Source: Candidatus Sabulitectum sp. (lineage in GTDB: Bacteria; Fermentibacterota; Fermentibacteria; Fermentibacterales; JCC-6). Taken from it: a DNA stretch of 64,000 nucleotides. The notes under the pieces were generated by a model. It was not told the origin of the DNA. It searched no databases and saw only the letters and a list, made by a program, of their open reading frames with translations. Below are positions 10,097 to 20,417 of the stretch, one piece after another; position 1 is the stretch's first letter; the number at the start of each line of letters is the position of its first letter. Both the position numbers and the translations under genes were made by a program. The stretch lies in NCBI GenBank assembly GCA_023139045.1, contig JAGLOJ010000003.1:41240-105239 (forward strand), in the 5' to 3' direction.

Positions 10097-11752
10097 ATGT
10101 CTCTGTTGGACAGTCTTAGCGGTTTGCTCTCCAGAAAGGGTACGTCAGTAAGGAACAATATCTCCAGAGAGGATATGATCAAATCTTCTGTGGATCGTCG
10201 GGAAGTATTGGTAATGAAGTGCGGGGCTCTTTCCACGTGGACCCGACCGGAATCCACCGGAAGAAGCCCGAAAGATACGGTTATTGTAAAACGTGCATCC
10301 ACAGAAGAAACTATTGATTGGACAAGTCCCAACAATCTGCCTGTTGATGAGGAAACCTTTAATATGGTCTGGACCGATATTCTTCAGGTCTTTGAGGAAG
10401 CTGACGAACTGTTCGTTACAGATCGTTTCATTGGTGCCGACCCCAAGTATGCTCTTCCCGTAAGAGTTGTAGCAGACAAAGCTCTTACCGCCCTGTTTAC
10501 CGATAACATGTTTCGTCCCTGGTCCGAGGAGGCTGCACGTATCTCAGTTTTCAAGGACAGGGGCTTTACTCTTCTGGCATCGCCGGACAACAAACTGGAT
10601 CACACAAAATACAAGGATAAACTCCGGGAGAATCCTGGTTCGAAGCATGCATCCAATATGATGGTTGGTATGGACATGGACAGAAATCTCGGCATAGTTT
10701 TTGGCAGTGCTTATTGCGGAAGCATCAAGAAACTGATGTTTACTGTTATGAATTATCTGCTTCCGGCAGAAAAAATTCTTCCAATTCACTGCAGTGCCAA
10801 CGAGGGAGAAAATGGAGATTGTGCACTTCTTCTCGGCCTTTCCGGCACAGGTAAAACCACCCTTAGTGCAGATCCTTCCCGGGCTCTACTTGGAGATGAT
10901 GAGCATGGCTGGAGCGAAGACGGAGTAGCCAACTTTGAGAACGGATGCTATGCGAAACTGATTGATCTCAGCAGGGAAAAAGAGCCGGAGATCTATTCAG
11001 CCTGTTTCCACGACGACGATTATCTGAACCACGGCTCGATCATTGAGAATGCAATGGTTTATCCCAATGGTGAATTTGACCTGTTTGATGATGCTTTCAC
11101 ACCGAACAGCAGAGGATCCTATCCTCTTAAATATCTGACAAACATCAAGGAATCATCGGTATCCGGGCATCCGAAGACGATTCTTTTTCTTACCGCTGAT
11201 GCCAACAGCGTGATACCACCTGTTTCGAAACTGACCAGGGAACAGGCTATGCTCTGGTTCCTTATGGGATATACAAGCAAGCTTGCCGGAACGGAAACAG
11301 GCATCAAGGAACCGGTCAGCACCTTTTCCAGATTCTTCGGCCAGCCCTTTATGCCCAGAGTACCGGAGGTTTATACAGACCTTCTCGGAGAAAAAATGGA
11401 TCAGCACGGTACCCAGGTTTACCTGATTAACACAGGCTGGACTGGCGGTCCATATGGAACTGGTCACAGAATGGATCTCCCGCTGACCAGGAAAATGGTG
11501 GAAGCATGTCTTTCCGGTACCATAGAGCAATCTGAAATGAAGAGAGATCCGTACTTCAAGGTAATGGTTCCAACTTCATGTCCTGGAATTGAGGACAGTT
11601 TCATCCTAGATCCAGGAAACACCTGGGAGAACAGAGCGGACTACGAGGCAAGAGCGGAGAAACTCGCCGGTGAATTCGCTGCATACTTCCAGAAAGCCTA
11701 CGGAAGCCAGAACATCAGTGCCGAGATAGCCGCAGAGTGTCCTGGAATTTAG
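10097..11752 (+). CDS. pckA: Phosphoenolpyruvate carboxykinase (ATP)
   Basis: Kinase-1a motif GLSGTGKTTLS, LIGDDEHGW and NIGSII-type motifs, ~550 aa. GAGGGGTGA SD before the ATG at 10097 (an in-frame ATG at 10082 is also possible). Confidence 0.95.
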   Translation: MSLLDSLSGLLSRKGTSVRNNISREDMIKSSVDRREVLVMKCGALSTWTRPESTGRSPKDTVIVKRASTEETIDWTSPNNLPVDEETFNMVWTDILQVFEEADELFVTDRFIGADPKYALPVRVVADKALTALFTDNMFRPWSEEAARISVFKDRGFTLLASPDNKLDHTKYKDKLRENPGSKHASNMMVGMDMDRNLGIVFGSAYCGSIKKLMFTVMNYLLPAEKILPIHCSANEGENGDCALLLGLSGTGKTTLSADPSRALLGDDEHGWSEDGVANFENGCYAKLIDLSREKEPEIYSACFHDDDYLNHGSIIENAMVYPNGEFDLFDDAFTPNSRGSYPLKYLTNIKESSVSGHPKTILFLTADANSVIPPVSKLTREQAMLWFLMGYTSKLAGTETGIKEPVSTFSRFFGQPFMPRVPEVYTDLLGEKMDQHGTQVYLINTGWTGGPYGTGHRMDLPLTRKMVEACLSGTIEQSEMKRDPYFKVMVPTSCPGIEDSFILDPGNTWENRADYEARAEKLAGEFAAYFQKAYGSQNISAEIAAECPGI

Positions 11753-11775
11753 CAAAAATACTGGTGCCTGATAAT

Positions 11776-11807
11776 CCCCGGCCTCAAAAGGGCCGGGTTC
11801 TTTTTGT
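11776..11807 (+). terminator. Rho-independent terminator after pckA
   Basis: GC hairpin CCCCGGCC-tcaaaag-GGCCGGG followed by a T-run (tctttttg). Confidence 0.75.
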
Positions 11808-11933
11808 GCGTACACATATTTAGTGGCTCTATCAAGCATAAATAAGGCTTGTTCAATCCGTAACAAACTAGTAGACTGCGTGTTATCGAAAATTAGGGTG
11901 ATTTTCGATATAAATATTTACCTGGAGGGGGAA

Positions 11934-13844
11934 ATGAAAAAGTTATTTGTTATTTTTTTGTTGCTTGTGGCCGGTTCAGCTTCGGCACTGCCTTCGTGCG
12001 CGGGTCTTAGAGGATTGAATAGAACAGTGGATGCCAGGACGGCTGAGACCGGTCTCCTTTCCATTGGACTCTTTACTTTCATGGGCATTTCACCCGATGA
12101 GAGAACAGCTGAATTATCATCGGGCACAGTTGAAGTTACAGATACAGAATACAGTGGAATCGGGTACATAACTCTTGGTTATGGCGCGAGCAATCACTTT
12201 GAGTTTGGAACCCGGGTTTCTTATCTGCTGAATCAGCTCGGCAGAGAGGATGTTGATGACAGACTTGGTACTTCCGGCGACTGGAACGGTGACGACGGAT
12301 TCAGTGAAGCAGGCCTGTTTCTCAAGTATTCCATTAATCCGGATGCAGAGAGATTCTGGCTCGGTATCATGCCCTGGGCACAGTTCTCCATTTACAGTGG
12401 TGGTGACAACAACTTCGTCACAATGGTGACGAATGGGATGGAATCTGGAACACCGACGAACCCATGTTCCAGCTGAGAAGACCAATGATGAATTCGGGCA
12501 GTGTGAGTTTCGGTGGTGATCTTCTTGCCACAATGGAGCTTGATGCAGTGACCATTCATGAAAATCTTGGTTACCACTACTACAAGCAGAATTTCACTTA
12601 TACTGACAGCAGGTATGATGCATCTCACAATGTTATCGCTACTGAAGAGGTAGATATTGATGTTGAAGATCCTGTACTGCGTTTTGCAGCGGGTATCGAA
12701 TACCCCATGAACAAGACAACTCTTTTTGCAGAGCTTGAGTGGCGCCATTTCCTTAACAGAGAGTTTGAAGAGGGTGACGACGAGCGGTTTGATGATTGTA
12801 TTCAGATTGCTCCAGGTGCCAGATTTACATTTGATTCCGGATTTGCAATGGATGTTACCGGATCTTACTGTATCTCTTCCTTTGATCCGGAATACAATGA
12901 TCTTGGTCACAGATATTTTCAGCAGGATGTAAGCCAGACGGATGAAGAGAGAGCAAGATATGCTCCTTTCCCCGGCGGATATGCCCCGAAGTACGGTCTT
13001 GGAGTTAACTTGATGTACTCCGTTGATGTATCATCACACCCTTCAATTCTTTCCGGAACTGTTACTGATGCCGCAACCGGTGAAGTAGTCGCAGCATCAG
13101 TTACCTTGCCCGGTTCCGATGTTGAAGGTGTGAATACCGATGCCGGATCCGGCATGTACACTGTTCAGCTTGATGAGGATACATACGCGATTCTCGTTGC
13201 TGCTGATGGTTATATTCCGGTGAATGAGACTATTAAGATCCCGTCCGGCGAGAATATTACAAAGAACTTTACTCTGCAGTCCGTACAGGGAACAGTTACC
13301 GGAACCGTTACGGATGCAGGAACCGGAGAGGCTCTTGAAGCTCTTGTGGCTGCCTCTGCAAATACACGGAGCAGCACTGATCCCAATGGTGAATACTCAA
13401 TAGAGTGTGCCGCGGGAACAATAACTTTCACAGCTTCTGCCGCCGGGTATTCAAACCAGTCAAGAACAGTTGAGATGGTTGCAGGCGAGTCCGTTGTTCA
13501 GAACTTCCAGCTGAACTTCGAAAATGTCTACTTTGATACCGCAAGGCATAACCTGAGACCTGATGCCAGGGTGAGTAGCACAGATGCTTCTCAGTAATCC
13601 TGGAGTTTCTGTAATGATCACTGGAAACACTGATTCAGACGGTCCGCCTGAGTACAATCAGGAACTGGCTGAGAACAGAGCTCTTGCAGTGAGGAATTAC
13701 CTTATCTCGAAGGGTATCAGCGAAGATTCTCTCTCCACTGTTGGTTACGGTGAGGATAGACCTGCTGCTCCCAACAATACTGATGAGAACAAAGCTCTTA
13801 ACAGAAGAAGCGAGTTCACGATTCTCGGGGCTCCTATCCAGTAA
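11934..13844 (+). pseudogene. OmpA-family outer membrane protein with CarboxypepD_reg-like domains, interrupted by two frameshifts
   Basis: Three consecutive ORFs (11934-12476, 12464-13597, 13584-13844) in three frames. Signal peptide MKKLFVIFLLLVAGSASA, beta-barrel-like N-region, repeated GTVTDAxTGE carboxypeptidase-regulatory-like modules. The OmpA C-terminal domain is split across the last frame change (NVYFDTARHNLRPDARV in one frame, LLSNPGVSVMITGNTD...NRRSEF in the next). A GGAGGGGG SD precedes the first ATG. Confidence 0.6.
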
Positions 13845-13863
13845 TACCGGATACGCTGTAAAA

Positions 13864-13889
13864 GGGGCGGGGAAACCTGCCCCTTTTTA
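13864..13889 (+). terminator. Rho-independent terminator after the OmpA-family gene
   Basis: GGGGC-ggggaaacct-GCCCC hairpin followed by TTTTT. Confidence 0.7.
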
Positions 13890-13952
13890 TATACTCTGGT
13901 TTTTCTTCATATTCTCCCGGTAATCCGGTATTAACCTTATGGGGGGTACAAC

Positions 13953-14948
13953 ATGACAGTTGTCTTTCTTTCTCTTTTGTCTACTTTTTCTATCGCTGCT
14001 TATGACTCCGATGCAGGTGAATGGGGTGTGGCTGTAGCTTCCTGTGTTCCGTTTGCCTACCATTCAGTAGCATGGGCCGGGGCTGATGCCGGAGCCATCG
14101 CTACTCAGTCCTGGACTAACCACTTTTATGCAACCGAGGGGCTTCCTCTTCTCAAAAGCGGGTTGTCGGCTGACTCAGTTCTGGTTCTGCTTACATACAC
14201 AGACACTCTAAGAGATCAGAGACAACTGGGTATTGTTGACCGGTTCGGCAACACTGCGTCGTTTACCGGAGAAATGTGTATGAACTGGGCCGGCAGTATT
14301 CTGGGGGATGGGTATGCCATACAGGGGAATATTCTTACCGGTCCGGAAGTTATAGAGGAGATGGAAAGGGCTTTCCTTGAAGCGGAAGGGGTTCCTCTTG
14401 CTGAAAGACTTTATGCCGCCCTGGTCGCGGGTGAGGCAGCCGGTGGTGATTCCCGGGGGAGACAGTCAGCGGGAATACTGGTGGTGCGCAAGAATTCCGG
14501 TCACAACGGTGCTACAGACAGATTTGTTGAAATCGCAGTGAACGATAATCCGGATCCACTGACCATTCTGGGAGATCACCTTTACACCTGGGAACTGTAC
14601 AACTGTCTTCCTGTTTATGCTTCTGAGATCACAGAGAATTCAGTTTCCGAAGCCAGAATGATGCACCTGCTGCAGAGGCTCGCCCTTGAGGGAAGTGACA
14701 ATCCGCAACTTCTGAATCTGGGAGCATGGGAGCTTGCAACCAGAGATATCATGCTTGATGAGGCTATCGCCATGGCGGGAAAGGCGGTTGAACTGGCTCC
14801 AGACGATTCCAACATCAGGGATACCCTGGCGGAAGCCCTGTTCAGAAATGGTGATATCGAAGGAGCTCTGGAGCAGGCGCGAATAGCAACTGAACTTGAT
14901 CCCGAGAATCCATATCTTCAGGAACAGCTTGAAAGATTCAGTAACTGA
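13953..14948 (+). CDS. DUF1028 (Ntn-hydrolase fold) protein with C-terminal TPR repeats
   Basis: N-terminus FSIAAYDSDAGEWGVAVAS and GRQSAGILVV resemble the DUF1028 family. The C-terminal ~90 aa have a TPR-like pattern (AIAMAGKAVELAPDDSNIRDTLAEALFRNGDIEGALEQARIATELDPEN). Confidence 0.7.
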   Translation: MTVVFLSLLSTFSIAAYDSDAGEWGVAVASCVPFAYHSVAWAGADAGAIATQSWTNHFYATEGLPLLKSGLSADSVLVLLTYTDTLRDQRQLGIVDRFGNTASFTGEMCMNWAGSILGDGYAIQGNILTGPEVIEEMERAFLEAEGVPLAERLYAALVAGEAAGGDSRGRQSAGILVVRKNSGHNGATDRFVEIAVNDNPDPLTILGDHLYTWELYNCLPVYASEITENSVSEARMMHLLQRLALEGSDNPQLLNLGAWELATRDIMLDEAIAMAGKAVELAPDDSNIRDTLAEALFRNGDIEGALEQARIATELDPENPYLQEQLERFSN

Positions 14949-15186
14949 CCACAGAATTGAAAAGCTTTTCATAAATGCAGATCTGCCAAAACCTGAAACA
15001 GCAGACTTTACCATCCGCAGGAAGAGAAATGTCTATCCGGGCAGACGGGACTTGCTTGTGCACGACAACACTCGCCATACTACAGAAATGGGGATTGATG
15101 CTGGAGATGGTTTCTCTTCTGATCTCCAGTGGGGTGAAATGAAGCGGGAAGGGCTGATGTAAATTCAGTCCGGGAGGGTAGTCACA

Positions 15187-15711
15187 ATGGAAAGAAAAGG
15201 CAGATTGCAGGTCTATACAGGTAACGGCAAAGGAAAGACCACTGCGTCACTGGGTCTTGCTGTAAGAGCTGCCTGCTCGGGTATGAGGGTTTACATTGGC
15301 CAATTCATGAAGGGTCGGGATTACTCGGAGTTATGCCTGCCGGAAAGATTTCCTGAGATCACCATGAAGCAGTTCGGATCTTCTGAATTTATCTTTTCAG
15401 GAAAGCCGTCTCTTCTGGATATTCAGTTGGCAGAGGCTGGGCTGGCAGAGGTTGCACGTGCCATGCTCAGCGGTAATTATGATATGGTTATTGCAGATGA
15501 GATCTGCGTCTCTGTGCATCTTGGACTTCTTCAGGAAACGCAGATTCTGGAACTTGCCGCAGCGAGACCGGCTAGTATAGAAGTGGTGTTTACCGGCAGA
15601 TATGCGACAGATAGTATTATCGAGGTGGCGGATCTCGTGACTGAGATGGTGCCGGTCAAACATTATTACGATACTGAGAAACTCTCAGCCAGACTGGGAA
15701 TAGAAAAGTGA
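15187..15711 (+). CDS. cobO: Cob(I)yrinic acid a,c-diamide adenosyltransferase (CobO/BtuR family)
   Basis: RLQVYTGNGKGKTTASLGLAVRA P-loop characteristic of BtuR/CobO, 174 aa. Confidence 0.85.
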   Translation: MERKGRLQVYTGNGKGKTTASLGLAVRAACSGMRVYIGQFMKGRDYSELCLPERFPEITMKQFGSSEFIFSGKPSLLDIQLAEAGLAEVARAMLSGNYDMVIADEICVSVHLGLLQETQILELAAARPASIEVVFTGRYATDSIIEVADLVTEMVPVKHYYDTEKLSARLGIEK

Positions 15712-15721
15712 AGGAGCTATT

Positions 15722-16309
15722 ATGAGCAAAGTGTTCGTTCTTGTGTTGATTGTGTCGGCAGTTGCTGCTGCACAAGAGGTAGACCCGCCCCGTGACAGTA
15801 TGAATTTTTTTATTGGAGCCGGTGCCTGGATGCCGGGACTGATTAATGACGATAACCAGCTGGAAGTGGGCTCCATATTCCTGGCAGGCGCTGAAACTCC
15901 GATGGCACAGGGTGATCAGTTCCGTCTTTCCATCAGCGGTGGATTCTGCAATTCCGACAGAGAGCAGTTTGACGGAATTACTTCTGTTATGCTGAACCTC
16001 GGTTACAGGAATTATCCCTTTTACAGACCGTATGCCGGAGCCCGTGGCCTTGAACCCTTTGTAGGCTTCAGTGCAGGTGGAATTGTTGCCTGGGATTCAG
16101 TAGCAGATGCTTTCTCAAGCACGGAAGAGTCAACAAGCACAGGTGGAGCCATGCTTGGCGCCGAGCTGGGGGCCAGAGTGAAGATAAATGAAAGTACATT
16201 TTTCGACATTACTCTTGCCGGTGACTGGGTGCCCATTGGTGGGGAACTTGCCGGTGAAGGGGAAAAAGATCTTTCCAGTATCAGAATTCAGGGAAGCCTG
16301 ATTTTTTAA
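15722..16309 (+). CDS. Secreted hypothetical protein (possible small beta-barrel OMP)
   Basis: Signal peptide MSKVFVLVLIVSAVAAAQE. Gly/aromatic-rich with alternating hydrophobic pattern, ends in F. No catalytic motif. Confidence 0.5.
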   Translation: MSKVFVLVLIVSAVAAAQEVDPPRDSMNFFIGAGAWMPGLINDDNQLEVGSIFLAGAETPMAQGDQFRLSISGGFCNSDREQFDGITSVMLNLGYRNYPFYRPYAGARGLEPFVGFSAGGIVAWDSVADAFSSTEESTSTGGAMLGAELGARVKINESTFFDITLAGDWVPIGGELAGEGEKDLSSIRIQGSLIF

Positions 16310-17373
16310 TCTGTAATTGACGGTTTACGTGACGGGGCCCGGTTCTGCCGGGTTCCGTTTTCTTTTGTCCGATTCAGAACAGATGCTCCAAGCTGGCCGC
16401 ATGCACCTGCAACCTCACCACCCCGGGAACGGCGAAGGGTTACAGCCTGGCATCTGGGATAGAGATATTCGGTGAAACGATGCACTGTTTCTTCGGTTGG
16501 AGGTTTCCACTCAAGTCCGGGAACCTGATTGTAGACCAGTAGATTGATCTTGCAGGGGAGACCCTTTGCAAAGTCCGCCAGAGCTTTCGCTTCATCAAGA
16601 GAATCATTAATGCCCTCAATAAGGCAGTATTCAAGAGTGGCTCTTCTTCCTGTTGTACCGGTGTATTCCAGCATGTCATGTTTCAGCCGGGGCAGACTGA
16701 TGGCTTTTGCAACTGGGATGATCATCTCTCTGGTTTCCTGAACGGCACTGTGCAGCGATACTGCCAAGCCGTATTGCTTTTCCATGTCAACCAGTTTCCG
16801 GATGCCTCCGGGGGTTCCCACAGTGGATACTGTGATCTTTCTCTGACCGATACAGATCCCCCGGTCATCGCTGATTATCTCAAGGGCATGCTGTACGGCA
16901 TCCCAGTTGTCCATCGGTTCACCCATACCCATGAGAACAACATTGCTGATACGGCGATCGGAGTTCCCCGACATGGTATAAAGCTGTGCCACTATCTCGT
17001 CCACTGTCATGTCGCCATGAAAACCTGCCAGACCGGTCATGCAGAACCTGCATCCCATCCGGCATCCGTACTGGGTAGAGAGACATGCAGTGAAACGGGG
17101 CGGGTCGGGAATAAGCACTGATTCTGCCGGGCCACCTGGAAGCTGAAGCAGATATTTCACCGTACCGTCCCCGGATTCAGCTTTGTTCACCTGCCCGGGC
17201 AGAGTGATTTCAGCGGCAGACTTGAGGGTATTACGGAACTTCAATGAAAGATCCGTCATGTCATCAAAAGATGAAACTCTTCGGAAGTGAAGCCATGTGA
17301 ATAACTGTTTTGCCCTGAAGGGCTTCTGGTGCAATTCGTTCACCAGCCAGCTTTCAAGTTCACAGAATGTCAT
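16306..17373 (-). CDS. rlmN: 23S rRNA (adenine2503-C2)-methyltransferase RlmN (radical SAM)
   Basis: CLSTQYGCRMGCRFCMTG radical SAM motif in RlmN/Cfr context. The ORF extends upstream to 17535, but the start homologous to RlmN is at M55 (MTFCELESWL...KPFRAKQLFTWLH). Confidence 0.9.
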   Translation of the reverse strand: MTFCELESWLVNELHQKPFRAKQLFTWLHFRRVSSFDDMTDLSLKFRNTLKSAAEITLPGQVNKAESGDGTVKYLLQLPGGPAESVLIPDPPRFTACLSTQYGCRMGCRFCMTGLAGFHGDMTVDEIVAQLYTMSGNSDRRISNVVLMGMGEPMDNWDAVQHALEIISDDRGICIGQRKITVSTVGTPGGIRKLVDMEKQYGLAVSLHSAVQETREMIIPVAKAISLPRLKHDMLEYTGTTGRRATLEYCLIEGINDSLDEAKALADFAKGLPCKINLLVYNQVPGLEWKPPTEETVHRFTEYLYPRCQAVTLRRSRGGEVAGACGQLGASVLNRTKENGTRQNRAPSRKPSITD

Positions 17374-17573
17374 TCCAAGTATTTTTACCACCACAACTCT
17401 CCCTTCCAGAAGTTCTATAAGCGGGAAGATAATGCAAAAAACCGCGCCGGACACTTGGTCCAGCGCGGTCAATTCAAGTAACTGAAGACTTGGAACGAGC
17501 AGGCTGTCTCTTCTTTCCTGATTGACCACTCTCATGTATGATTGACATCACAAGCAAACACGAAAGGAAGAAG

Positions 17574-18437
17574 ATGTCTCATACGGTTGGAATCATAGGT
17601 GGAAGCGGAGTGTACTCCATTCCAGGAGTGGAGATACTCCGCAGCGAAAGAATAGAAACCCCGTTCGGCGATCCGTCCGCTGAGATTACATTCGGAAACC
17701 TTCACGATCTGGATCTTGCTTTCATTCCCCGGCACGGAGAGGGTCATATCTACATGCCCTCGGAAGTACCATATGCGGCCAACATCTATGCGCTGAAAAG
17801 TGTGGGAGTTGACACTCTTATCAGCTTCAACGCTGTGGGCAGCCTCCGTGAGGAGATTGAGCCCAGGCATTTTGTGGTTCCCGATCAGCTCTTTGACCGC
17901 ACTAAAGGACTCAGAAAGGCTACTTTCTTCGGTGGTGGTGCAGTTGGGCATGCTCCGTTCGGAGATCCGTACTGCTGTGATCTCAGAAGTATTCTTGTTA
18001 AGGCTGCACAGAAGGCTGGTGCTGTTGTTCATGACGGCGGAACAATGGTTGTTATGGAAGGCCCCGCATTCAGTTCCAGAGCCGAAAGCGAGTTTTACCG
18101 GGCTCAGGGCTGGGACATAATCGGAATGACCACCCTGCCGGAAGCCAAACTGGCAAGAGAGGCCGGAATGTGTTACGGAACCCTTGCAATGAGTACCGAT
18201 TATGACTGCTGGCACCAGTCTGAGAAGGATGTAACTGTAGAAATGGTCATGGAAGTGGTGCAGGACAATGTGATCATGGCAAGGAAGGTTCTCAGCGAAG
18301 CTCTTCTTATGCTCAGAGAGAATGTAACATCCCGCTTCCGGTGCGGATGCAACTCTCCAATTGGTGTAATGACCTCGCCTGATGCCTCACCTGCTGTAAA
18401 ATTATCTCAGCTTGAAATGATCCTCAGGCGATCATGA
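17574..18437 (+). CDS. mtnP: S-methyl-5'-thioadenosine phosphorylase (PNP/MTAP family)
   Basis: N-terminus MSHTVGIIGGSGVY, PNP/MTAP-family fold. GAAAGGAAG SD before the ATG at 17574. Confidence 0.85.
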   Translation: MSHTVGIIGGSGVYSIPGVEILRSERIETPFGDPSAEITFGNLHDLDLAFIPRHGEGHIYMPSEVPYAANIYALKSVGVDTLISFNAVGSLREEIEPRHFVVPDQLFDRTKGLRKATFFGGGAVGHAPFGDPYCCDLRSILVKAAQKAGAVVHDGGTMVVMEGPAFSSRAESEFYRAQGWDIIGMTTLPEAKLAREAGMCYGTLAMSTDYDCWHQSEKDVTVEMVMEVVQDNVIMARKVLSEALLMLRENVTSRFRCGCNSPIGVMTSPDASPAVKLSQLEMILRRS

Positions 18438-19351
18438 AATATCTGCGGGATATCGGCGAGCACGGTTTCATCAGAGCCATCAGAGAAAGGTTCCCCATGG
18501 CATCAGCCGGAGATGATGCTGCAGTTCTCGCTTCCCTTGCAACACCGGTGATAACCACCGATTCATTTTTTGAAGGCACACACTTTCACCGGTGGTGGGC
18601 TTCGCCCGACAGGCTGGCAGCTCGTCTTCTTGAAGCCACCCTCTCGGACATTGCAGCCATGGGGGGAGAACCACAGTGTGTTCTCTCTTCTGTCATGCTC
18701 CCACCTGACATGGAGGTTGAATGGCTTCTTGATTTTTACAGGGGTCTTACTTCACGGAGTGACTGTCCGGTTGTTGGAGGAGAGACCATCAAGGGTTCCA
18801 TGTTCGGAGTTACACTCACTGCTATCGGTGAGTGCGGCACAAGAAAACCCTTCCTGCGAAGTGCTGTAGTGCCGGGTGATTCCATCTGGGTGACCGGTCC
18901 GCTTGGCAGATCGCTGGATTCACCTGAGCTTCTGGAGAAGGGCAGAGGCGGGGAACTTACCGAACTGGAACAGGAGCAGACAGAGTTGTTCCTTTCTCCA
19001 TCGGCTCGTTTTGATGTAATACCGGTTCTTGGAAGATGCAGTGTAAGAGCAGCCATTGATATTTCTGACGGGCTGCTTTCCGAGTGCGGGCATCTGGCCC
19101 GTGAAAGTGGTGTTAAGATCACAGTGGAGCTTGAGCAGGTTCCTCTTGTTCCCTATGCTGAAAATAATCCTGTGGGAGCTTGTTGTGCCGGTGAGGATTT
19201 CGAGTTGCTCTTTGCCCTGCCAACCGATGCGCCATCACCAGGTAATGGGTTCTACAAGGTGGGCAGTGCCAGTGCAGGCCTGGGGTTTGTCCTGACAAAC
19301 CGGGGCAAACAGATTAAAACCGGTTCACTGGGGTATGATCACTTTTCCTGA
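18434..19351 (+). CDS. thiL: Thiamine-monophosphate kinase
   Basis: AIR-synthase-related ThiL motifs (GDDAAVL...TTDSFFEGTHF...SDIAAMGGEP). The start overlaps the mtnP stop. Confidence 0.85.
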   Translation: MKYLRDIGEHGFIRAIRERFPMASAGDDAAVLASLATPVITTDSFFEGTHFHRWWASPDRLAARLLEATLSDIAAMGGEPQCVLSSVMLPPDMEVEWLLDFYRGLTSRSDCPVVGGETIKGSMFGVTLTAIGECGTRKPFLRSAVVPGDSIWVTGPLGRSLDSPELLEKGRGGELTELEQEQTELFLSPSARFDVIPVLGRCSVRAAIDISDGLLSECGHLARESGVKITVELEQVPLVPYAENNPVGACCAGEDFELLFALPTDAPSPGNGFYKVGSASAGLGFVLTNRGKQIKTGSLGYDHFS

Positions 19352-19551
19352 GTATCAATTTGCGATACAGTAGTGCATATCGCAGGTGATTTTGTTTTCT
19401 GCAGTATCCACTTTGACAACCTGAGCCCCTGAGACAGCCAGGGTCACCATTTTCCTCACCCGGTGAAGTGTTCTTCTTGAGGGAAGCAGAGTGAGTTGCA
19501 CCGTATTCGGTAACAGAAAATGATCCGAAGTTTTCTTGATTCCTGTGCGGT

Positions 19552-20403
19552 TCAGCACGGTTGAGACCTGCGGCAGATGATACTGCCGGTGGGGGCTCCT
19601 ATGTCTTCTCCTATTACCGGGCACTTTACCTGCAGAAGGCAGAATACTTTTCTGTCTGCATCGCTGAGAGATTCGTAGTTACCCTGACCCTTTGCTATTA
19701 CCACCGGTGCTTTTCTAAAAGTTTCCCTGAATTCAGCTGAGCACAGTTCAAGCAGTGTACCCGGTGCATCGCTTCCATTGGGCAGTATAGTCGTGATTTC
19801 TTGCAGCCCGGCTTCAATGGCATCCTGCTCGGTGGCATCGTTGAGCACCGGTGAACCCTTTACTCCGTAGATAACAGGGATGTTTATTCTTTCAATGAGA
19901 GCTCTGTCGAATACCGTTTCACCGGTGTTGTCTGCCAGGTAAAGCAGATGATCGGCAGTTTCCATCAGCCTTTTCAGCTCTGTTGTGTGATCTATGGCAA
20001 ATGGCTGTTCAAGCACCCTGTCGATGGTGTCATGAAGATTGCCGAAGTCTTCCATCACTCCCAGATCCATAATATTACCTGCGATTGCCAACCTGATAGC
20101 AGTATCCATGGGGTCAGGAGAGTTATCGATCAGTCTTCTGAGATCAGGCAGCAGAGCAAGCGCCTGCCCAGTACTCATTTGTTTGGCTTCTCTGTACGGA
20201 TCCAACGAGGATATTTCTTTCCGAACCGCATGGTGTACAAGTCTGGCAATTTCCGGAGGGATTGTTCCGGTATCCAGCTTTATTAGAATCTCCATGGTTT
20301 TTCTGAGAACAGAGAGCTGTTGCTCCTCGGTTCCTCCTGCTCTTCTGGTTGCGCTGAGAGCCTGTTTAAGGAAGCAGGGGTAGCATTCGATATATGTTTT
20401 CAT
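19552..20403 (-). CDS. DUF89 / ARMT1-like damage-control phosphatase family protein
   Basis: YIECYPCF N-terminus, LADNTGETVFD and KGQGNYE motifs typical of DUF89. The start is taken at M19 of the listed ORF. Confidence 0.75.
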   Translation of the reverse strand: MKTYIECYPCFLKQALSATRRAGGTEEQQLSVLRKTMEILIKLDTGTIPPEIARLVHHAVRKEISSLDPYREAKQMSTGQALALLPDLRRLIDNSPDPMDTAIRLAIAGNIMDLGVMEDFGNLHDTIDRVLEQPFAIDHTTELKRLMETADHLLYLADNTGETVFDRALIERINIPVIYGVKGSPVLNDATEQDAIEAGLQEITTILPNGSDAPGTLLELCSAEFRETFRKAPVVIAKGQGNYESLSDADRKVFCLLQVKCPVIGEDIGAPTGSIICRRSQPC

Positions 20404-20417
20404 TCCTGTGCTTTCTG

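Noticed and set aside
14896-15162. 88-aa ORF spanning the end of the DUF1028 gene and the cobO leader
   Set aside because: It overlaps the preceding gene's stop region, has no SD, and the region is better explained as an untranslated leader.
17374-17535. 54-aa N-terminal extension of the rlmN ORF
   Set aside because: The RlmN-homologous N-terminus begins at the internal Met (MTFCELESWL…) and the extension has no counterpart in the family.
19355-19624. 89-aa Arg-rich minus-strand ORF in the thiL/DUF89 convergent gap
   Set aside because: It overlaps the 3' end of the DUF89 gene by about 70 nt, has no SD or recognisable family, and is basic and low-complexity. It is probably spurious, though a tiny C-terminal ORF cannot be excluded.
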